Source of the DNA: Octopus sinensis
Taxonomy: Eukaryota
Assembly (NCBI RefSeq): GCF_006345805.1
Contig: NC_043008.1
Coordinates: forward strand, 43,958,001-44,022,000
Length of the DNA: 64,000 nt
Direction: 5' to 3'
Part shown: positions 53,327-64,000 of the stretch, piece after piece
Position numbering within the stretch: the first letter of the stretch is position 1
How the letters are laid out: each line of letters begins with the position of its first letter
Made by a program: the position numbers and the translations under genes
Notes under the pieces: model-generated
Database searches by the model: none
Seen by the model: only the letters and a program-made list of their open reading frames with translations
Told to the model about the DNA's origin: nothing

Positions 53327-53971
53327 CGATGCTGGAACGCCGCCTTGAAAACGTCTTAGTCGAACAAATGGATCACTGGATATATTTTAATGCCAGCTAT
53401 TTATTATATCGAGCGATTTTTGACGAACAACTATGTTACGAGGGGACAAACTCAGCAAGACTGGTGGTCAGGCGTTCGTGGGGGGACAAACACGTACACA
53501 AAGACACGCAAGCACGAACACACACACACGCACACACACACACACACACGCACATACACACATGCTCGTTCGAACAGATAAAAAACAAATGAGCAATTTT
53601 TGCAAAACCGGACGCTCTCCTCGTTGATAAACGATTGTTCATGATTGAATTATTGCAAATTTCGGATATTTAACCATAGAATTTGAGATAATCGAAATAA
53701 AAGGAAGATGTATGGACAAGCGTAACATGATTTCGTTCGATTTAAGAATTGTTTCGTTGACGTAACGCTGCGGTTCCCAAACGTCTTTGGGCTGCCCAAG
53801 CCACATTCCTAGCACCCCACCCCAACTATCCGGACCCCTTTCTGAAGAAAACTCAAAGTAACTGTATTTAACAAATGAAACTTAACAGGCGTAGGGGTGG
53901 CGGAAACTGAAAGACGTCCGTCGTATATATGCATATATATATATATATATTATATATATATATATATATAT

Positions 53972-54002
<31 letters not shown>

Positions 54003-54508
54003 ACTGATAACCTTCTGGAAAGTTTTACAGATGTTTGAAGTTCCAGTGATGTTTGGATCTGCAGTCTTCGAATAAGATTTCTCGTTTCTGGCTTTGAGTA
54101 GCCCAATTTCTCAAGTTTAATATTTAGGCAATGTGTTACATATCCCAGAGCCCCCAAATTACGGGTATAAATGAAATCTTGTAATCTGGATACAGTAACT
54201 AAGATTTCTCATTAGTTCAGCGTAGGTATTCTCTTTTTCCCTGATACGCTGGGCAGTTAATTTCCACAACTTTAGTTGTATGTATGTAAGTATGCATGTA
54301 TGTATGTATGTATGTATGTATGCATGTATGTATGTATGTATGTATGTATGTATGTATGTATGTATGTATGTATGTATGCATGCAGGCATGGATATATATA
54401 TGTAGGTTTATATGTATGCAAGTTAAAGTATATACATTATCTATCTATCTATCTATCTATATGTGTACGTATATATACAAATATATACACATGCATATAT
54501 GTGCATAT

Positions 54509-54555
<47 letters not shown>

Positions 54556-54571
54556 AATACACACACATATA

Positions 54572-54611
<40 letters not shown>

Positions 54612-55389
54612 TAGATACAGAGATAGACACCCACATGCATATATGCATACATACATAAGTACAGACATATGTCATATTCACATATATTTACGTATAATTA
54701 CTTTCGTACACACAACCATGTATATATATATACATATACTGATAAATGTATACACGCATATATACAATCATAGAAATATTTCTACTGACTGATAGACAAT
54801 CAGACACACAAGAATTTCGGAAAATATCTGAGAATTGTCTTCTCTTTCTGAAAGTTTGTTATCATTCACATCGTTCTGAAATGTTATTTTGTCCTTCCCT
54901 GCTGTGGGTCCATTGATTTTAAGTTCAATCTCGATACACTCACTGAATAATGAATTACCTCTAATATTCTTTGTATAAGAAGGGAAAATCTGAAAAAAAC
55001 ATTTCGTTTTGTTTGTATAAGAATGGTGACCGTATAAACATATTTCAGACAACGAAATCATCTTTTTTCAGATAACATAACTGTCTTTCTCTGTATGCAT
55101 TCAACAAAGAAAACAGTTCTTAGTAATCGGTCAATTTGCCCAAACTTTTATGATGATATCAATTACATAAATACAACATTTTTAGGCATAGCTGTGTGGC
55201 ATCTGTGTGAGAAGATTGCTTCCGAACCATATGGCCAAGGGTTAATTACCACTGCGTAGTACCTTGGCGAAGGGTCATTCAGCATTCGACTAAGACCTTG
55301 GATGTGAATTTGGGAGAAGGAAACTGATAGAAGTACGTCGTATATGTGTGTGTAAATATATACATATATATACATACATACACACATAT

Positions 55390-55820
55390 GATTGATTCTG
55401 GTTTCAGCTCATGAGCTGTGTTTCCTTATCGATCCCACTCCACCACATATCACCACTACGCACACACTAGCACAGACTACCTCCCAGCCCCACACCATCA
55501 TTCACACACCTACATATGCAGACATGCACACATCAAGGTCACACGCACGAGCACCTTCGTTTTGGGATCACCACTACTTTATTATCTCCCGTTCTTCCTA
55601 GCTCTCCTGTGTGACACCTCTGTCCGGTATTTGACATGACAGATTGCTAGACACTACAATTCTTTATTTTCTCTCCTTGTTTCTTTCTGTGTTCTTTTCT
55701 GTAGAAGAGCATAGGCTTGAAATGTTAAAGACTTTTTTAACTTCCCGAGCGTTATACTAATACATCTATTTGCTGTCTACACCGCCTGTCTTCGTCTTTT
55801 ATTCTTTTTTGTGAATTCAG

Positions 55821-55830
<10 letters not shown>
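55390..55830 (+). mobile_element. PLE-like repeat with degenerate hammerhead-like motif at 55694-55731
   Basis: CTTTT CTGTAGA A GAGC atag GCTT GAAA TG TT AAAGA; the downstream part is shared with 17453-17600, 20603-20690 and 56320-56400. Confidence 0.55.
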
Positions 55831-55875
<45 letters not shown>

Positions 55876-55876
<1 letters not shown>

Positions 55877-56134
55877 GACGTATATTTGCCGTTTAAATAT
55901 GGCTAACCCCTAAGGGTGGACGCTACTGTAGTTTGTAGCCCCAGGAGGACACCTCCTCCAGCTGGCTATAGACACATTTTCTGTGCCCTATCAGTATTTG
56001 CAAAGGGAAGTCATCCTGATAGGGCACAGAAAGTGTGTCTATAGCCAGCTGGAGGAGGTGTCCTCCTGGGGCTACAAACTACAGTAGCATCCACCCTTAG
56101 GGTTTAGCCATATTTAAATGGAAAATATACGTCA
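55876..56134. repeat. 259-bp fold-back palindrome (119-bp arms, 21-bp spacer)
   Basis: 55876-55994 is the reverse complement of 56016-56134 with 5 mismatches counted by eye. Confidence 0.97.
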
Positions 56135-56173
56135 CGAGGGTTGCAGCTACTGTTTATAACTCGCTCTAAGGAT

Positions 56174-56225
<52 letters not shown>

Positions 56226-56398
56226 ATGTGTGTGTGTATATATATATACACGATGTTAAACCGTTAATCGCAGCACATTGCACACATTCTACACATTTTT
56301 TCTAAGAACATCCATGACTTTTCCCTTCTTCCCGAGCGTGAAACTAATACACCTGTTGGTTGTTTCCTCGCTTGTCTTTTGTTTTATGTGTAATTGAA

Positions 56399-56464
<66 letters not shown>

Positions 56465-56521
56465 CTGCGTGTGCCTGCGTGTGTGTTTGTGTCTGTATGT
56501 GTGCGTGCGTGTGTGCGTATG

Positions 56522-56568
<47 letters not shown>

Positions 56569-57755
56569 CGCACACACGCACGTGAGTACATGTTTACGTG
56601 TGTATTACTATTTGTGTTTTGTCCTCCATCACCGCATGACAAACGGTGTGTATTTCTAAGCCCTCAATACTAAGCAGCTCGGCGGATAAGATCTTTAGAA
56701 AAAGTACCAGACTTGAAAAATACGCTTTGGGGTGGATGTGTTCGACTAAATCCCCGAAGACGCCATCACATGACCATAATTTAAAGACTGAAACAATTGA
56801 AGGGTAAAAAGAAAGACGCGTATATCCAAACATTTTGTTACATTGCACGATATACTGCAAGTAAACTAGAACCACTTAGACAAGTGGCTGTCAACCCAAT
56901 ATTATATTTACCTCTGGGACCTTTCGATTACTAATTTATTCTGCCGTATCCCAATAGACATTCGATGTTGAATAACTAGTTCTATAAATATGTCTCTCAT
57001 AATTTCTGCTTGCTTTTCATACGGTCCACGGTCAAAAGTTTGCGATTGAAATGTCTAAGAAAACGTTTCAGTTTTCGGAAACACGTTACACTGTGATGCA
57101 AAACAGAAACCGATGTGATTCTTGCAATAAATAAAGAGCACACCGTCGGTTGCGATGATGAGGGTCCCAGCTGATGCTATCAATGGAACAGCTTGCTTGT
57201 GAAATTAACTTGCATGTGGATGAGCACTCTACAGACACGTATAACCTTAACGTAGTTCTGAGGGATATTCAGCGTGACACAGAGTGTGACAAGTCTAGTC
57301 CCTTGAAATACAGGTCCTACTCATTTTTGCCAGGTGAGTGGACTGGAGCAACGTGAAACAAAGTGTCTTACTGAAGGACCCAACGCGTCGCCGGGAATTG
57401 AACTCACGACCTTACATCCGTGAGCCGAATGCCCTAACCACTAAGCCACGCGGTTTCACACTTGAAAATAAATACGTTTTAGGGAAATGAACAACGGTGC
57501 CTATACTTTTCTTAAAGTCTAATTTTCTATTGTATTCTTTCGCCGATACTCTTCGTTACAGGGTCGTAAACAAACGGACTCCTGTTTTCAAGCGGTGAGA
57601 GGGACGACAAAGACAGACACAAAACCGTGAACACACACATATACACACATATATATATATTCTTACATACACACTCAGGCGCTCATGCACACGCATACGC
57701 TTACAGACACAAACAAACACACACTCACACACACAAACATACACGCACATATACA

Positions 57756-57791
<36 letters not shown>

Positions 57792-57865
57792 CTTGCACAC
57801 ATTCACACACGCACAGACACAAATAAGAACACACGTACACACATACCGGCACGTAGACATACACG

Positions 57866-57903
<38 letters not shown>

Positions 57904-58277
57904 CACGCATTCACACACGCACACACACATACACGCACACAAACGCACAGACACACAGACCCGTATATACTTAAACACATTCTCTCACGCACCCACACAT
58001 ACACATGGTCATATATATATCATAATATATCTGCGCGTATGGCTATGCACTCGTATATGTCCAGAGATATACTGGCGGGAACATATCGATTCGTATAAAA
58101 CATTTACGAGGTTCTACAACTAACTAGAACTTCACACTTCAAAGATTTTTTGATTTGAATTTAATGAATACACTTTCCTTCTAGAATAGATACACGCGTT
58201 ATACATACATATATACATACATACATACATACATACACATGTACATACATATACACTGATATATACACATGTATATA

Positions 58278-58650
58278 TTCTTTTATTCTTATATTTGTTT
58301 TAGTCATTTGACTGTGGCAATGCTGTAGCCCCACCGTTAGTCCAGAAAATCGACCCCGGGACTTATTCTTTGTAAGCCTAGCAATTATTCTATCATCTCT
58401 TTTGCCGAGCCGCTAAGTTACGAGGACGGAAACACACCAGAATTGGTTGCCAAGCGGTGTTGTGGGACAAACACACACACACACATGTATATATACGAGG
58501 GGCTTCTTTCTGTTTCCGTCTACCAAATCCATTCACAAGGCTTTGCACGGTCCGAGGCTATAGTAGAAGACACTTGCCCAATCTAACACGCATTGGGACT
58601 GAACCCGGAACCATGTTTGGTAAGCATGCTACTCACCACACAGACATTCC
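58278..58650 (-). mobile_element. CORE-type SINE (OR1-like)
   Basis: Same architecture as 8264-8677. Confidence 0.85.
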
Positions 58651-58699
58651 TGCGACAATGTTTAAGTATTTTGTATATATATGTATGTGTATACACACA

Positions 58700-59250
58700 C
58701 ACACACACACATACCGAGTATCAAAAGTGACACGCATAGAAGTAATGATTGTGGTCTTTACAAACAAATATTTTCGATTTTCGTTATCATCTGCAGGATC
58801 CCTTGTTTCAACCCTCTCCGTCAAAGAAAACAAAAAACCCACTTACAGAATTATTCCGATGGTGGTTGTGTGGGCTGTTTGTGTCATACGTAATGTTACA
58901 AATTGTACGAGATTCTTAAATTGATATCGAAGAAGATTACAGATCTGGACAGCCATTCACATCATCCGAAGCCGATTATCTTGCGAAGATATGAATTGAG
59001 ATCAGTAACTAGCAAATCTTTCATGAGCGTGAACTTTCTGCTGAAGTAGTACCTTATGTAGGCATCATTTCTCAGAAATATACATGGAATTCTTCACTTC
59101 TCTGACAAAGATTAATCATCGATTAATTACATGATTGTGAGATAATGTTCATTTTAAAGAATATAAACACTCTGAAGCGGTTTCCCTCATGCAACGGGTA
59201 ACGAGTTTATGACATTCTGGATAAATCCAAACGAGGATATATATATACCT
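58700..59250 (+). mobile_element. Ancient mariner transposase relic
   Basis: Scattered frame-shifted motifs DIEEDYRSGQPFTS (cf. EDxxRSGRP), ELSAEV and ATGNE (cf. TGDE). Confidence 0.45.
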
Positions 59251-60532
59251 TTATGTCTTTCTGGATCTATATCATGGAATTCCATTCCAGAAATGTAGAT
59301 ATGACAAACGTTTTAGACCGTTCCACTGTTTTCTCTCCTGAGTTCTTGGGTGTCATATTCACCCCATCGCCCAGCATACCACTATTGACTTCTCATTCAG
59401 TGACTTTAAAAAAACTTCATCGACTTGCATAATTTGATGATATAAGTGGCCGGCTTTACTCTTTGGTTTATGAAACCCCGAAAAGAAATTAAAAAAAACA
59501 AAACGCACAGAGTATTAAACCCTGTCTTTGCCTTCCAGACTAAACAGTAAAATATATAGGGAAAATAAAGAATGATTAGAGTAAGTGGAAAACGTGATCA
59601 AAGCTCTGCTGGATCATCAAGCTGTTAGATTAGCGAATTACAGTCGATTGTACTGAGCGACTTAATTATATTAGAAGTATTTCGTTTCTCGATTTCGATT
59701 TGTTAAAGTACAAAGTCGATGCTAGCGTTATTGCAATTCACAAAGTTGAAAGAATATAAGACAAATATCCGGTTATCCAGCTTCTTCTATGCTAAAGATT
59801 TTCATTATTCTAACGTTTGTGGACTGTTTCATTTCACTGTCCGTGTCTTCGCATTAAATTCCCAATCTAAGATCGTTAAACCACAGCCATTCATGTAGGG
59901 ATATCTACCGGTTCTGTTACACAACCTACATCGCATTAACCATGTACGTTTGTCTAATTAGAAGCTGCAGGGTGTATTGATCTCACCAATATCAACTGGT
60001 GATATCGATCAAATGGACATCAATAAGTTAATTGACACTCGCTTTATGGTATAATGTCTTTGGTACCTCAGTCAATAAAGTGTTGGCGATCGTTCAATAA
60101 TTTGTATTATATCAAACACTGATGTGTCCATTCCAAACACATTCAAATCTCGCTAATTCTGAAGAGGGGGGTGGGGAGTGAATCATTTCTAAAAGCGAAA
60201 CCTACATTCTTTTAATCTTTTATTCTTTCACTAGTTTTAGATATTGGCATGAAGACTTGGTGAGATACAGCCACGAAAGATTTTTAATCGACGATCATTA
60301 CAAACTCAGTACTTATTTTACCCTCGCGCTTCCATACATAAATGTTCGACGGTATACGGAAGTACAAACACACAAAGGCACATACAGTAGAATATAAACA
60401 CATACGCACACGAGCGCGCATACTCACACACACGCAAGTAGGCACACATATATGTATATATCTATAAATATATATATAAATAAATAGACACACACAAACA
60501 CACACACTCACACACACACACACGTACATACA

Positions 60533-60608
<76 letters not shown>

Positions 60609-60811
60609 ATGTATGTGTGTAGACGAGCCACAAAAATGGCGAAGCATTGATGTCCACCACTCCTATATGGGATTTGAGGTGAGTTGTCTCGCTTGTCAGT
60701 GACTTGCATGTGTTTTAACACCCGGTGCAACGAGAAAGCGTTCTCCACACAACATTATTTCGCAGGCTACCAGCAAATAGAGATACTCGTTGCTCTAAGG
60801 ATATGTTGTTG

Positions 60812-60853
<42 letters not shown>

Positions 60854-60871
60854 ACATAGATTATAATATAT

Positions 60872-61470
60872 TATGTATGTCTGTATATGCATATATAAAT
60901 AAGAGGAATAGCATCTAGGTGGATTTCTAATATCTAGAAGACGACGCCATATCGCGCCTTGCCACGAACAATATGTATGCGACAAGACAAATAGGCGACA
61001 AAATAGAACAACTAACTCCATACCTGAAGATTTCGCTATCACTGATCACTGATGGGATCATCCGTGGTTCTTCAGTGAAGCCGTTGCTGGAAACCTAATC
61101 CGCGGAACTTGATACAAAACGTCCTCGCGACAGAGAACATGCATAAAGTTGCACCAAGTATGCATATATGTATGTTTATATAAACATAAATATACACATA
61201 CACCACACACCCATACTCTCACACATTTTTCTCTCTTTTACTTGTTACAGTCATTTGACTGCGGCCATGCTGGAGCACCGTCTTTAGTCGAGCAAATCGA
61301 CCCTAGGACTTAATCTTTGTAAGCCTTGTACTTATTCTATCTTGTCATATTTGCCGAACCGCTAAGTTACGGGGACGTAACACAACACACCAGCATCAGT
61401 TCTCAAGCGATGTTGGGGAAAAACACAGACACACATACATACACACACACACACACGCATATATATATAT

Positions 61471-61526
<56 letters not shown>

Positions 61527-62116
61527 TATATATATGTATGTATGTCTGTATATGCATATATAAATAAGAGGAATAGCAATCTAGGTGGATTTCTAATATA
61601 CTAGAAGACGACGCCATATCGCCTTGCCACGAACAATATGTATGCGACCAAGGCAAATAGGCGACAAAATAGAACAACTAACTCCATACCTGAAGATTTC
61701 GCTATCACTGATCACTGATGGGATCATCCGTGGTTCTTCAGTGAAGCCGTTGCTGGAAACCTAATCCGCGAACTTGATACAAAACGTCCTCGCGACAGAG
61801 AACATGCATAAGTTGCACCAAGTATGCATATATGTATTTATATAAACATAAATATACACATACACCACACACCCATACTCTCACACATTTTTCTCTCTTT
61901 TACTTGTTACAGTCATTTGACTGCGGCCATGCTGGAGCACCGTCTTTAGTCGAGCAAATCGACCCTAGGACTTAATCTTTGTAAGCCTTGTACTTATTCT
62001 ATCTGTCATATTTGCCGAACCGCTAAGTTACGGGGACGTAAACACACCAGCATCAGTTCTCAAGCGATGTTGGGGGAAAAACACAGACACACATACATAC
62101 ACACACACACACACGC

Positions 62117-62120
<4 letters not shown>
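60872..62120. repeat. 665-bp tandem duplication bounded by (TA)n
   Basis: Unit 1 from 60872 and unit 2 from 61537 are nearly identical, differing mostly by 1-3 nt indels. Confidence 0.95.
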
Positions 62121-62149
<29 letters not shown>

Positions 62150-62265
62150 TACGACGGGCCTCTTTCAGTTTCCGTCTACCAAATCCACTCACAAGGCTTT
62201 GGTAGGCCCGAGGCTATAGTAGAAGACAGTTGCCCAAGGTGCCACGCAGTGGGATTGAACCCGAA
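61893..62265 (-). mobile_element. CORE-type SINE (OR1-like); its 3' half is duplicated at 61230-61420
   Basis: Tail, internal microsatellite and CORE box present; 5' head truncated near 62265. Confidence 0.85.
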
Positions 62266-64000
62266 ACCCGGAACATATATATTTATATAGAACACGATGT
62301 ATCACGTAGAATTTGAATTAAAAATTACATCATTAGGTGGTGAAAGTGGGACGTGCCAATACTAGTAATAAACCCCTAAAAAAACAGGTGATTCAAAAGT
62401 CCCTATGCAATAGTTCTGTTCTAAGATGACCGCCATAATTAAGAATCACCAGTCTTGGAAAGTTCAGACCCCAATTTCAAGTAAGTTGAGAAGAATTTTC
62501 GTAACCACGACGTAAAAAGCGAAAAGAAAAAAAATTAAAGCAAAATTATAAATTCGATCTATGAGAATAGCTTTATAGCGTAAATTGGCGGCAATTGAGG
62601 AATTATACCAGAAATCAATGCTGCACCAATATAAGACAACATCAATATATATGTTTTGTATTAATCTGAACAAAAAAGAAAAGCACACACATACCAGAGA
62701 AAAGACAAAGGCTGGTGGAAGAATTAAGAAATATCTATTTTCTTTCGTGTTGTGAACTGCATCAAGAAGAACGCTTATATTATTTGGTGAATCTTAATGG
62801 GAAGGAATCTAAGCTGCTCTACTAAAACACTGCGCATATTATTTTATCTTTCCTCTTGAATAACCTCCTTCTTCACTGAATTTTACTCACGTCATGTCAT
62901 TTCCGAATGTATAAGAAGATTCAGCAACGACTTCTTTTCATAAGGCTTACATATTGAAGAATGCAGTGTGTATATGTATAGGTGTCTGTCTGTGTGTTAA
63001 TTCCTGAGTATTTGTGCGTCTGTATTTGTTTCTGTGTACGTATGTACAAAACATATGTTTCATATTTAAATATAATTTACTGTGGAAACATGCCATTTGT
63101 TTCAAAATAAATACCAAACAATATGGATGCTAATAGTGATTTCTGTGTACCACATTTTTCATATTATAACCTCATTCGGCCACATCTATTAGAATGAGCA
63201 ATTATTTATGTTTTTTGTGTCTCGATCTTAAGCCACATCTGCATTTTTTATATTAGGGACAAAATAATCCACTCTTTCCTTCGTTTCTGCGAGACGGGAG
63301 CGTGCGATTTGCGGAAGAATTTACTTCTATTTCTTACAACCACCTCAAGTTTTCTTGGTTTCTTGGTATAAAGAGTGCAGACAGTGAATAAGCATATAAC
63401 CTTATTCCGTCGGTGTACTTTGGCCTTCGAAAGGTGGACGTAAACGACATTGTTCTTGAAAAGGAGGCCTTTTTCGAAAGATAAGAAGGATAACTTTCTT
63501 TCTAGCTGAACGCATTATTTGAAAACTTGTAACCGAGGCTGGTTTCTGATACTTTGTATTACCTTTTAGTCAGGAGGGGAATTTCTATCATTTTTATGAT
63601 CTGTCACTGAGTTTCGTAGGTTGAGAGCAGGGATGTGCTTAAATTTGAAACCTGGTATGTCTGATTCCAATGTAGTTTACTTTGCTAAAGTTCCCAGAGA
63701 AACCAGCTGATGATATTAAGATTTGAAACACGAACGCAAAAATCTCTAAATAGATATCGCTAGGTATTTGGTTTTATGTTCTCGAGTTCCATACCGGTAT
63801 GGACTGGTACATTTTGGGGGACCCCAAATAGATGAAAGAGAAATCTTACCTCTAAGGGTTATGAATTTATAACGCAGAGAATAAATGCATTGGAGCGTTC
63901 TGTCCGGCGTTCTACTGATTCTGTCAATTCTCTGCCAGATGGCTTTTACTTGGTGTCGGTTTCAAATTTTGGAAGAAATTTCGGATGAGGGGGTAAGTCG

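Noticed and set aside
58797-58889. 93-nt exon-like segment with a strong acceptor, open in three frames
   Set aside because: It lies within the mariner relic, and triple-frame openness gives no coding discrimination.
59950-60050. Possible exon KLQGVLISPISTGDIDQMDINKLIDTRFM, and MTAIIKNHQSWKVQTPIS at ~62428-62482
   Set aside because: Plausible splice sites but no homology or linkage; within chance expectation for 64 kb.

Overview
AT-rich eukaryotic (metazoan) genomic DNA, almost certainly octopus/coleoid cephalopod. The basis for that call is the extreme density of (TA)n/(CA)n/(TATC)n/(ATT)n microsatellites plus tRNA-derived CORE- and Meta-type SINEs resembling the octopus OR/OK families. No host gene can be identified with confidence; a few isolated candidate exons are flagged. 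Nearly all ORFs in the supplied track are microsatellite or repeat artefacts. The only long genuine coding sequence is a decayed, 5'-complete RTE-clade LINE (2150-5225). Other mobile DNA includes many SINE copies (several head-to-tail multimers, several with TSDs), Tc1/mariner relics (including DD37D/maT type), a non-autonomous Helitron, Penelope-like (PLE) remnants, a 259-bp fold-back palindrome and a 665-bp tandem duplication. The most interesting signal is RNA-level: self-cleaving-ribozyme folds in up to four different retroelement families. These are (1) an HDV-like double-pseudoknot starting at the inferred RTE 5' boundary; (2) a minimal type-I hammerhead in the 3' part of a tRNA-headed element (4 copies, including a head-less inverted pair); (3) a fully paired minimal hammerhead with a compensatory U3-A8 core at 19028-19070; and (4) a degenerate hammerhead-like motif in another PLE-like repeat. 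All folds were paired by eye; activity and novelty are untested.
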